This document shows, in pieces, positions 1-8,468 of a stretch of DNA of 64,000 nt (position 1 is its first letter; each line of letters starts with the position of its first letter). Made by a program: the position numbers and the translations under genes. The stretch spans positions 1,696,001 to 1,760,000 of the forward strand of contig CAVQNG010000003.1 of NCBI GenBank assembly GCA_963713825.1, given 5' to 3'. The notes under the pieces were generated by a model. It saw nothing but the letters and a program-made list of their open reading frames with translations, made no database searches and was not told the origin of the DNA. This DNA is from an uncultured Acidobacteriota bacterium. GTDB taxonomy: Bacteria > Acidobacteriota > Thermoanaerobaculia > Multivoradales > JAHEKO01.

Positions 1-141
1 ACTGACCGGCTCGACGGGGAAATCGATGGGCGCCGGCCGGCTGTCGGCCGGCAGCATCCAGTTGATGATGGACGGCCAGGCTACATAACCGATCAGGACG
101 GCGAGGAATAGAAGGAGTCCTGCAATCAGTAGGGTCTTCAT
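1..141 (-). CDS. N-terminal part of a membrane-anchored protein (runs off the window edge)
   Basis: ATG at 141-139 opens MKTLLIAGLLLFLAVLIGYVAWPSIINWMLP..., a hydrophobic N-terminus with no stop before base 1. Confidence 0.6.
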   Translation of the reverse strand, partial: MKTLLIAGLLLFLAVLIGYVAWPSIINWMLPADSRPAPIDFPVEPVS

Positions 142-204
142 CCGTGAGTCTTCTCGTCTTTCTGCGCGGGTGATTCGAGCGATCCAACACTCTGAGCGCG
201 CAGT

Positions 205-2385
205 TTACTCGACGATCAGGCTCCAGGCCGAGGTGTCGCCGGTTTCGAAAGCATCCTCGAAGAGCTCTGGCGGTCGAACGCTGATGCGGACAGTGGCCTC
301 GTTGCTCTCGGACAGCTGATCCTGGGCCCGGTAGGTGAAGGTGTCGTCGCCTTCGAAGCCGGGGAGCGGCGTGTAGATCAGGGCGTAGTCGCCGTCATCA
401 CTGGAGAGGCTGCCGGACACAGGTGGATCGACCACTGAGTAGGTGAGGGGGTCCTCTTCGAAGTCGGTAGCCACCAAGTGAATGAGCACCGGGGTGTTCA
501 CAGTCGCAACCATCGATTTGTCGAAGGCTTCAGGGGGTTGATTGCCTACCCGAATTGTCGCGGTGGCAGTATTCGAAGTGGCGATTGCGTCGCCGACGGT
601 CCAGCGGAACTCGTCCGGGCCGTTGTAATCGGTATCCGGGGTGTAGGTGACGACACCCAGGGAGTCGATCTCCGACAGGCCTCCGAAGGCCGGCTGCTGT
701 GCAACCGTGAAGCCGTAGGGGCCCGGTCCGTCGGGATCGTCGAAGGACAGCGCGAAAGGCAGCGCAGTGTCGGCGTCCGTCTCCAGGCCCTGGTCGAGCG
801 CCACCGGTGCCACATTCGGGCCAGTGCCATCCTTCACGAGAAGAAGCGTCCAATCGAGAGTGTCGGGAGCGGTGAAGGAAAGGATGGCACCTCCGGTCAC
901 GGGGCCGATCTCTGTCGAGTCACCGGTTCGTGGATTGAACCAGGTAGCTTCGAAGACGTTCGTGTTGGAGCTCAGATCGAGGTCGATCGAGCCGCCGCTC
1001 GGCAGATAGCAAACATAGAAGTGGCCCGCCTTCGAAAGGACGTACCCGGTACCGCTGGTCAGGAGCTGATTCGAAGGGACCATCTGCCAGAAGGGCAGGG
1101 CCTCCAGGAAGGTGCGGGCCCTCACCAGGTCGCGGAAGTAGGCCTGCCAATCGCGGTAGTCGGCCAGGGGGCGGGTGTGGATTTCGTAGATTCCTCCGCC
1201 CAGGAAGATCGACCATACGAGATGCCGATTCCCGTCCTGAGTACCGGTGAAGTCTCCGGTCTCATCGAAGGAAATGGGGATCGGTCTGCCCGCGGTCTCG
1301 CTCTTTTGGCGGGCCGCAATCGCCGCGGCGTTCTGAGGGTTGCCGGAAGTGTGGAAGCTGGTCAGGTCGAACCGATCATCACCGTAGAAGGGATCCCATC
1401 TGCTTGTCGATCCCTGGTGGTGAACCGTCAGGGGGTGGTCATAGGCGTCCAGGTCGCTGAGCAACTGGGCGAAGGCCTTCATCTGGTCCGCCGTGTAGTT
1501 CTCGTTGTACTCCTCCGAAAGGTTCCAGATCAGACCGTTGTAGTGGCCGAAACGCGCCACCATCTGTCGGTAGTAGAGATCCCGATTGAATCCGGTCCAA
1601 CCACTGTCGTTCTCCAGGACGAGGTGCAGGACGATTCCGTGTTGCTGCAGGTCGTCGAGAATCAGATCCCAGCCGTCGAGCTTGGCGATGTCGAAGTGTT
1701 CGGAGTCACGCTTTTCCACCCAGGGCCAGACGTTGTCGCGATCACCTCCGGTGTTGTCCGTCATGAAGTAGAGCGAGCTCAGGCGCTCGTTCGAAAGGTA
1801 CTGAATGGCCTCCGCCTTAGTGGGGAATCCCGCGTTCTCGCCAGGCGCCAGGAAGTCCTCGGGGTCGTCGACCCCTCCCTTGAGCCAGTAGGTTCCATCG
1901 GCGAACTGGAGATAGAAGTCCACAGCGTAGAGAAGGCGGCCCGTACAGAAGAAATCGGGCAACTCACCTGGCTCCCGAGGGTCGCAGGTGGCCGTATCTT
2001 CGACCTGAAAGGTGGCACTGTAGCCGTCGAGGATCGGATCTAGGCTACTGGTGGACATCGTCCAGTTGCCGACGGCGTTGGGTGAGAAGCGGGCCACCCA
2101 AACATCTCCGTCCATCCCGCCTGCGCCGTCGCCAGAGTAGAAGGCTGGCACGGCAAACGAGCCTCCGGGACCAGAAAACGTTGCCGTCACTTCGATCAGA
2201 AATGGATTGGAAGTGTCACTGAGCCCCACCGAGGTCGGGCCCTGAAGCTCGACCTCGAGCTTTTCCCACTTCTGGACGGTGCCCACGTCTCCCAGGTCGC
2301 TCCCGGCTTCGGCGGTCACCGCCATCAGCCCTAGCCCTGATGTGAGCGCGAGGAAGAGGTACCTCTGGAGGGACGGCAGCGGCAT
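205..2385 (-). CDS. Secreted DUF5060 / glycoside-hydrolase-like protein with putative collagen-binding domain and two Ig-like repeats
   Basis: Signal peptide; KWEKLEVEL..NPF..F.GP and WVARFSP..G.W N-domain; WNLSEE; WFNPRTG...DWTLLL domain; two N.AP.A...YTP..G.D.F.Y repeats; C-terminal LFEDAFETGDTSAWS. Confidence 0.7.
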   Translation of the reverse strand: MPLPSLQRYLFLALTSGLGLMAVTAEAGSDLGDVGTVQKWEKLEVELQGPTSVGLSDTSNPFLIEVTATFSGPGGSFAVPAFYSGDGAGGMDGDVWVARFSPNAVGNWTMSTSSLDPILDGYSATFQVEDTATCDPREPGELPDFFCTGRLLYAVDFYLQFADGTYWLKGGVDDPEDFLAPGENAGFPTKAEAIQYLSNERLSSLYFMTDNTGGDRDNVWPWVEKRDSEHFDIAKLDGWDLILDDLQQHGIVLHLVLENDSGWTGFNRDLYYRQMVARFGHYNGLIWNLSEEYNENYTADQMKAFAQLLSDLDAYDHPLTVHHQGSTSRWDPFYGDDRFDLTSFHTSGNPQNAAAIAARQKSETAGRPIPISFDETGDFTGTQDGNRHLVWSIFLGGGIYEIHTRPLADYRDWQAYFRDLVRARTFLEALPFWQMVPSNQLLTSGTGYVLSKAGHFYVCYLPSGGSIDLDLSSNTNVFEATWFNPRTGDSTEIGPVTGGAILSFTAPDTLDWTLLLVKDGTGPNVAPVALDQGLETDADTALPFALSFDDPDGPGPYGFTVAQQPAFGGLSEIDSLGVVTYTPDTDYNGPDEFRWTVGDAIATSNTATATIRVGNQPPEAFDKSMVATVNTPVLIHLVATDFEEDPLTYSVVDPPVSGSLSSDDGDYALIYTPLPGFEGDDTFTYRAQDQLSESNEATVRISVRPPELFEDAFETGDTSAWSLIVE

Positions 2386-2665
2386 GCGACCAGTCTATAG
2401 CGTCTCGCCGGTGGCTGGCAGAGTCCAACCCACGAGTCGAAAGGAGGTCTCCATCGGAGCTAGTGACGGATACGAAGACCACCCATTCGGGTAGGGCCCA
2501 CCTCACCCACGGAGTATTCGCGGGTCGGTGGCATGTGTGTTAGGAAGAAAGGTCGAAAGCCGACGAATCTCGGACGTCAAGAGATTCGCGAGGTTTCGAG
2601 ATTCACCCTCAGTCCAACATTCAACGCACGGATCCAAAGACACATCGACGGGGAGGTCGACAAGT

Positions 2666-4792
2666 ATGACCAAAGTACTCATGCCATTGTTGGCGATTGC
2701 GCTGCTGTCCGGGGCCTGCGCCAAGCAACCAACGGAGGAGACCGTGGCCACTGGAGAGAACCTACTTCTCTCGGAATTCGACACACCACTTGGGGCACCG
2801 CCGTTCGACTCGATCGAAGTAGCCCACTACCTTCCCGCCTTCGAGCAGGGAATGGAAGAGCATATGGCCGAGGTTCTTGCCATCGCCGAGAGCACAGAGC
2901 CGGCCACTTTCGAGAACACCGTCGAGGCCCTGGAGCGCTCGGGCGATACGTTGAGCCGGACAGTAGGAGTGTTCTACAACTTGAACGGCTCCAACACGAA
3001 TGACGAGATGCAGGCCATCGCCAAAGAGGTCGGCCCCCGGTTGGCCAAGCATCAGGACGACATCAACCTCAACGAGGCCCTCTTCGCGCGGGTCAAGGCA
3101 GTATACGAGCAGATGGACGAGCTGGAGCTCTCAACCGAACAGGCCAAGCTCCTGGATGAGACCTACAAGGGCTTCGTCCGTGGTGGCGCCAATCTCGAAG
3201 GCGAGAAGAAGGCCCGTTTCCGAGAGATCAACGAGGAGCTCTCGCTGCTGACGACCCAGTTCGGCGAGAACGTGCTCAAGGAGATGAACTCCATCGCCCT
3301 GCTCATCGAGGACGAGGCGGACCTGGCCGGCCTTCCACAGTCGGTGATCGACTCGGCAGCCGCGACAGCCGAGGCGCAGGGCGAGGCGGGTAAGTGGGCC
3401 TTCACGCTGCAACGCACGAGTTGGACGCCGTTTCTGGAGTCCTCCGAGCGCCGGGACCTGCGCGAGAAGCTGTACACGGCCTACCTGAATCTGGGCAACA
3501 ACGACAACGACAACGACAACAAAGTCATCGCCGCCAAGATAGCGGCCCTGAGGGCCGAGCGGGCCGAGATTCTGGGCTACGAGACGCACGCGGCCTTCGT
3601 GCTCGAGGAGAACATGGCCGAGAACGCGGACAATGTCTACGGCCTGCTCGATCGGCTTTGGGTGCCAGCTCTGGCCCGCGCCAAGACGGAGCTTGCAGAC
3701 CTGCAGGCCATGGCCGACAAGGAGGGTGGCGACTTCGAGATCGAGTCCTGGGACTGGTGGTACTACTCGGAGAAGGTGCGCGCAGACAAATATGCCTTCG
3801 ACTCGGAGCAGCTCAAGCCCTACTTCGAGCTGGACAACGTCCGCCAGGCTGCCTTCGACGTTGCCAACAAGCTCTTCGGAGTCACGTTCGAGCCGCGTCC
3901 CGACGTGCCGGTCTACCACCCGGATGTCCTGGCCTACGAGGTCAAAGACGCCGACGGCTCGACTCTCGCCCTCTACTACGTCGACTACTTTGCACGCGAA
4001 AGCAAGCGTGGTGGGGCGTGGATGAACACCTTCCGGGAGCAATGGAAGGTAGACGGCGAGGATGTCCGGCCGATCATCGTCAATGTCTGCAACTTCTCCA
4101 AGCCGTCCGAAGGCCAACCGGCGCTTCTCAGCATCGACGAGGCCAAGACGCTGTTCCATGAGTTCGGGCATGCCTTCCACGGCATGGTCGCGAACGGCAC
4201 CTACGCCAGCTTGTCGGGTACCAACGTGCCCCGGGATTTCGTGGAGCTGGGCTCACAGATGATGGAGAACTGGGCGCTGGCGCCAGAGGTACTACCGACC
4301 TACGCACTGCACTACGAGACGGGTGAGCCCATTCCTGCCGAGCTGATCGAGAAGCTCCAAACATCCGGCCAATTCAACCAGGGCTTCACTACCAGCGAGT
4401 ACGTCGCGGCCTCGCTGTTGGACATGGACTGGCACACCCTCACGGAGCCGGTCGAGAAGGACGCGATGGAGTTCGAGGCGGCGGTCGCTGAGCGGCTCGG
4501 GATGATCCCCGAGGTCGTCTTCCGATATCGCACGCCGTACTTCAGCCACATCTTCGCTGGAGGGTATGCGGCTGGATACTACGGCTATGTCTGGGCCGAG
4601 GTCCTGGATGCCGACGCCTTCGAGCTCTTCAAGGAAAAGGGGCTCTTCAACCAGGAAGTGGCTCAGTCCTATCGCGAGAACATCCTGGAGCCGGGTGGGT
4701 CCGAGAACCCGATGGAGATGTACGTCCGCTTCCGCGGTGCCGAACCCTCGGTCGAGCCGCTGATCGAGCGGCGAGGATTGGGTGGGGAGTAG
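2666..4792 (+). CDS. dcp: M3 family peptidyl-dipeptidase (Dcp-like), lipoprotein
   Basis: HEFGH zinc motif, KRGGAWM, RDFVELGSQ, YFSHIFAGGYAAGYY; start reassigned to the ATG after GGGAGG; lipobox LSGAC. Confidence 0.9.
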   Translation: MTKVLMPLLAIALLSGACAKQPTEETVATGENLLLSEFDTPLGAPPFDSIEVAHYLPAFEQGMEEHMAEVLAIAESTEPATFENTVEALERSGDTLSRTVGVFYNLNGSNTNDEMQAIAKEVGPRLAKHQDDINLNEALFARVKAVYEQMDELELSTEQAKLLDETYKGFVRGGANLEGEKKARFREINEELSLLTTQFGENVLKEMNSIALLIEDEADLAGLPQSVIDSAAATAEAQGEAGKWAFTLQRTSWTPFLESSERRDLREKLYTAYLNLGNNDNDNDNKVIAAKIAALRAERAEILGYETHAAFVLEENMAENADNVYGLLDRLWVPALARAKTELADLQAMADKEGGDFEIESWDWWYYSEKVRADKYAFDSEQLKPYFELDNVRQAAFDVANKLFGVTFEPRPDVPVYHPDVLAYEVKDADGSTLALYYVDYFARESKRGGAWMNTFREQWKVDGEDVRPIIVNVCNFSKPSEGQPALLSIDEAKTLFHEFGHAFHGMVANGTYASLSGTNVPRDFVELGSQMMENWALAPEVLPTYALHYETGEPIPAELIEKLQTSGQFNQGFTTSEYVAASLLDMDWHTLTEPVEKDAMEFEAAVAERLGMIPEVVFRYRTPYFSHIFAGGYAAGYYGYVWAEVLDADAFELFKEKGLFNQEVAQSYRENILEPGGSENPMEMYVRFRGAEPSVEPLIERRGLGGE

Positions 4793-4801
4793 AGGCTCGA
4801 A

Positions 4802-4829
4802 GTCCTGGGGCTTGGCTCCTGGGTCCTGA
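4802..4829 (+). repeat. Heptamer tandem repeat (GTCCTGG-like x4)
   Basis: gtcctgg ggcttgg ctcctgg gtcctga; similar runs at 4926-4953, 10869-10896, 26765-26792 and reversed at about 34473-34500. Confidence 0.8.
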
Positions 4830-4982
4830 GTTTGTGATACGGCCGGCCCTCGGGCCGGTCGTGTCCTTCTGGCAAGTGTCGTGACCGCTTTCGAGTGGAG
4901 GTCCGTCCGGGTGGCCCGTGACAACGTCCTGGGACTTGGGGCCTGGGTCCTGGGCCCAACTCAGATGATTTTAGGTCTCTGC

Positions 4983-5062
4983 AGGGTCCGACGTGGGGCC
5001 CCCAGGGGGCTATCCTCCCTTCCACAGTAACCAACCCCCTGGAGGTCTCCACGCCGAACCCT
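4983..5062. repeat. Repeat family B copy 1 (80-bp palindromic hairpin)
   Basis: AGGGTCCGACGTGGGGCCCCCAGGGGG-loop-CCCCCTGGAGGTCTCCACGCCGAACCCT; close copies elsewhere in the window. Confidence 0.9.
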
Positions 5063-5134
5063 GCACGACTGTCCGAACATCGGGCCAACGCTAGGCCCTT
5101 GCGCCCCTGGGTCCTGCTGCCCACTCCGGTGCTA

Positions 5135-5297
5135 AGAGGTCCGTCTGGGTGGTTCGACAGGGGGCGCCGAGTCGAGCGCAGCGCAAGGACCTTGATAGTG
5201 GCTCGGAAGTTGGGGCGCGATGACGAGACGAGGTGGCGGCCCCCCGTTGCAGTCTGAGTAGCCGACGCCGTCCGCCTGCGGACCACCCAGGCGGGCC
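5135..5297 (+). mobile_element. Repeat family A copy 1 (about 165-bp MITE-like element with about 26-bp imperfect TIRs)
   Basis: Five full copies in the window; no conserved ORF seen; terminal inverted repeats. Confidence 0.8.
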
Positions 5298-5333
5298 CCC
5301 ACGAGCAGAGGGTCATCTGTTCAGGACCCAGGA

Positions 5334-5383
5334 CCCAAGCCCTCAAAGACTGGCCGGGAGGTACGCCCGGACACTTCAATCCC
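5334..5383 (+). repeat. Repeat family C unit
   Basis: CCCAAGCCCTCAAAGA-variable hairpin-CTTCAATCCC. Confidence 0.75.
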
Positions 5384-5392
5384 AACCCGGCG

Positions 5393-8314
5393 CTACTCGC
5401 CCTTGTACGGTACTCCGTCGGTCATCCAGGCGGGGGCTGGTGTTCCCTTCAGGTGGTGATCGAAGAACTGCATCATCTTGATCGAGTAGTCCACCTTGTT
5501 CGGGTACTTCTTCAAGTGGTGGGGCTCATCTCGGTACTGGAGGAAGATGCAGTCCTTGTCCAGGCGCCGGCAGGCCAGATAGAGCTCGATTCCCTGGTAC
5601 CAGGGTACCGCTTCGTCCTGGTCTCCAAACTGGATCAACAGCGGCGTCTCGATCTGGTCAGCGAAAAAGACCGGTGAGTTCTCGATGTAGAGGTCCCGAG
5701 CCCCCCAGAGGCTGGCGCCGATACGACTCTGCGACTGCTCGTACTGGAACTGTCGGGCCAGCCCTGAACCCCAGCGGATGCCGCTGTAGGCGCTCGTCAT
5801 GTTCGAGACCGGCGCGCCGGCGACGGCCGCTTTGAAGACATCGGTCTCGGTGACGACAAAAGCGGTCTGATAGCCGCTCCAGGAATGGCCGTGCAGGCCG
5901 ATGGCCTCGGGGTCGGCCACGCCCATCTCGACGAGTTTCTCGACTCCGGGAACCAGGCATCTCGTGGCGGAGGATCCCGGCCGGCCGATCTCGAAGCGGA
6001 TGTCGGGCAGAAAGACCGCGTAGCCGTTCGAGGCGTACATCGGAAAGCTGGGCCGGTGGTTGATGACCGGCTCGTTGAACTCGTTGAGCCGCTGTGAGAA
6101 GAAGCGGTAGTAGTAGATCAGCACGGGGTATCGCTTTTCCGGGTCGTAGTTTCCCGGCTTGATCAAGACACCCTGCAGCGGGTCGCCATCGAGACTCTCC
6201 CATTCCACGAGCTCGGCCTCACCCCAGGCGAAATCCGCGATCTGGGGATTGGCATCGCTCAGCATCTGGGGCTCACCGAAGCTTCCCGCCGAGAGGTCCG
6301 GAGTGGTTGTCCGGAGGTCGGGGAACTCGTCGTAGCGCTCGCGGGTGAAGAGGACCCTGCTTGTATCCTCCGCTTTGGCGATGAATTCCACGAGATGCTC
6401 GCCGGTGCCGAGGAGCTTGGTAGCGCCGCTCTGACCAGGCTGGGAGGTGTAGAGGGCGTCGTGCTTCTGCTTCTGGTGATAGCCCTCGACGAGCAAATGG
6501 GAGTCCGGCTCGATGACATCCTCCTCGGGATCCACATCGACGACTCTGAACGTCGTCTCCTGCCGGCGCCCCGAGCCGCCAGTCAGGCTGAACGGCTCGC
6601 TGCCGTCTGTCGGGACCTGCCAGATGTCGTACTTGTCGTAGACGAAGATCGCGCTGTCGTCGGCCAGCCATTCGCTGAAGCCGTATCCCGGTGGGGCGCT
6701 GGGATAGTCGTGATCTTCGTCGGCGAAGGGAGCGTCGAGGTCCGCCGTGACGTTGTGGCTGGCGCCTGAAGCAACGTCGAAGAGGTGGTAGTTCCCCTCG
6801 TCGTAGTAAAGAACAAAGCGGCCGCCGGGTGACAGGGTCCAGTTCGGCTTCCAGTCTTCCTCCAAGCGCTTGGCGACCAGCGTGCGCTCACCGTTGGTGA
6901 GGCTCACCGTGTAGAGGTCGACGAAGGCGCCTTCCCAGGTGCGCTCCCTGAGATAGGGCACATCGGCCAATGCTAGAGCGACAACGGGATTGTCGTTCTG
7001 TTCGACGATGCGCGCCTCGAGGTCGGCCAGGGGCACGATCGAACCCTTGTCCAGGTGGTACACAGCCCGATAGGTGCGGTCCTTCTCCTCGTCCTCCCAC
7101 CTCTCCTTCTGATTGGGGATGATGAGGGGGTCATTCCAATGCCAGACATCGACGCCCCTGTCTTCAACGATACTCTCGACGTCATAGGGCTCGAACGCCT
7201 CGTCTTCTTCCTCTTCACCTTCGACCGCTTCCTGTTCCTCATCGGGATCGACAGGCTTGAAGCCGAAGAAGAGGCGCTGGCCGTCGCGGCTCCAGGCGAG
7301 CTCTTGGACGGCGGGCAACGTCCAGCCTTCGGGTGCGTCGGCTTCGGAGGCTACTGCACGGGCGCCGCTATCGTCCCAGATCCAGAGAGTGCCGTCGCCA
7401 GGCTCTGCCTCGTCGTCGAGCGGTGCCTCTACGAAGGCCAAGCGACTGCGGTCTTTGGTCCGGGTCAGGTGGGCGTAGCGTGCTCGGACTTGCTGCGTCA
7501 GGGTCTCTTCCGGCAGGCCTTGCTGGTCGAGACGCCGCAGATAGACGCCATCGGTTCGGTCTTGCTCTTCATCGGCTGGGGCCGACACCGCGTAGGCGAG
7601 AACGGTGGAGGGCTCGTCGAACGAATACTCGGTGACGTGGGGCAGCTCCAGCTCTTCGCCGTTCGTCAGGTCTCGCAAACGAAGCGTCGTACCGAGCTTC
7701 TTCTTGTCCTCTTCGGTCTCGTCTTCCTTCTCGGCCTGCTCGCTGGCCACGGTCACAGGTTCTGATTCCCCTTCGGCCGCGACTTCTTCGTGACCGGTCG
7801 GGGTGCCATCCGTGGGCTCGTCCTCGCTCTCGCCTTCCTCCTCCTCGAAGAGTTTGTAGGCCAGGAAGTGGCCGTCCTCGGAGAAGGCGAAGCTCTCGAC
7901 TCTTTCGAGCCGCTCCTCGCTGCCGTCAGTGAGATCGAGAATCGCCAGGCCTGTCTTGGGCCCGTCCTCGTCGCTCTCCTCCTCTGCCTCGAGTCGTGCC
8001 TCGAGGCTCGGTTGAATCGCCGCCGCAACCCAATGCTCGTCACCCGAAATCGCAGGATCCGAGCCGAGCTCGATGTGGTACACAGCCTCTCCGACTGTCG
8101 ACCTGACGACAACCTCGCCGTCACCGCGGTCCGGCTTCAACGAGTAGGCGACCCAGGTTCCTTGCTTTGACAGCACCGCACCCTCGATCTGTCGAAACTG
8201 CATCAGATCGACCCAGGTGAGGGGCTTGGTTCCAGCGTCGGAATCGCTGGCTCCAATCAGCTGGGCGAGAAGCAAGAGGACTGCCGGAAAGCGCAGGCAT
8301 TTCAAGGCAAGCAT
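5393..8314 (-). CDS. S9 family (prolyl oligopeptidase/acylaminoacyl) peptidase, exported
   Basis: Beta-propeller N-region; GHSWSG nucleophile elbow; DQDEAVP and EPHH catalytic Asp/His; signal peptide. Confidence 0.9.
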   Translation of the reverse strand: MLALKCLRFPAVLLLLAQLIGASDSDAGTKPLTWVDLMQFRQIEGAVLSKQGTWVAYSLKPDRGDGEVVVRSTVGEAVYHIELGSDPAISGDEHWVAAAIQPSLEARLEAEEESDEDGPKTGLAILDLTDGSEERLERVESFAFSEDGHFLAYKLFEEEEGESEDEPTDGTPTGHEEVAAEGESEPVTVASEQAEKEDETEEDKKKLGTTLRLRDLTNGEELELPHVTEYSFDEPSTVLAYAVSAPADEEQDRTDGVYLRRLDQQGLPEETLTQQVRARYAHLTRTKDRSRLAFVEAPLDDEAEPGDGTLWIWDDSGARAVASEADAPEGWTLPAVQELAWSRDGQRLFFGFKPVDPDEEQEAVEGEEEEDEAFEPYDVESIVEDRGVDVWHWNDPLIIPNQKERWEDEEKDRTYRAVYHLDKGSIVPLADLEARIVEQNDNPVVALALADVPYLRERTWEGAFVDLYTVSLTNGERTLVAKRLEEDWKPNWTLSPGGRFVLYYDEGNYHLFDVASGASHNVTADLDAPFADEDHDYPSAPPGYGFSEWLADDSAIFVYDKYDIWQVPTDGSEPFSLTGGSGRRQETTFRVVDVDPEEDVIEPDSHLLVEGYHQKQKHDALYTSQPGQSGATKLLGTGEHLVEFIAKAEDTSRVLFTRERYDEFPDLRTTTPDLSAGSFGEPQMLSDANPQIADFAWGEAELVEWESLDGDPLQGVLIKPGNYDPEKRYPVLIYYYRFFSQRLNEFNEPVINHRPSFPMYASNGYAVFLPDIRFEIGRPGSSATRCLVPGVEKLVEMGVADPEAIGLHGHSWSGYQTAFVVTETDVFKAAVAGAPVSNMTSAYSGIRWGSGLARQFQYEQSQSRIGASLWGARDLYIENSPVFFADQIETPLLIQFGDQDEAVPWYQGIELYLACRRLDKDCIFLQYRDEPHHLKKYPNKVDYSIKMMQFFDHHLKGTPAPAWMTDGVPYKGE

Positions 8315-8468
8315 GGCTGTGGAACCCTCCAGACGAGCGACAGATGGGATCTCCGATTGCGACGCCAGGAACTATATCCGAGGCTTCGGGCCAATCGGCT
8401 ACAATGAGCCTCGCTGCTTTGAAGTGAAACGCTGATTGAGTCGCGGATCGCGGTTGGAGGTCACGGGT

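Noticed and set aside
478-2043. 521-aa plus-strand ORF
   Set aside because: Antisense shadow of the motif-bearing minus-strand gene, typical of high-GC codon bias; no recognisable motifs.
2553-2599. Imperfect inverted repeat upstream of dcp
   Set aside because: Single copy, no U-tract and no match to an RNA class I know; too weak to call.
3497-3520. AACGAC microsatellite-like run in dcp
   Set aside because: In-frame and encodes NNDNDNDN in a loop; a unit of 6 cannot cause phase variation.
5262-5285. GCCGTCCGCCTG in family A resembling the 3' part of a ZTP riboswitch
   Set aside because: The 5' aptamer half and the GGGC ending are absent, and copies occur in both orientations unrelated to purine/folate genes.
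4669-5481. ORFs spanning repeat mosaics (also 10763-11216, 22542-23484, 26856-27365, 34040-34652)
   Set aside because: Translations of non-coding repeat families in inconsistent frames; similarity among them reflects the DNA repeats.
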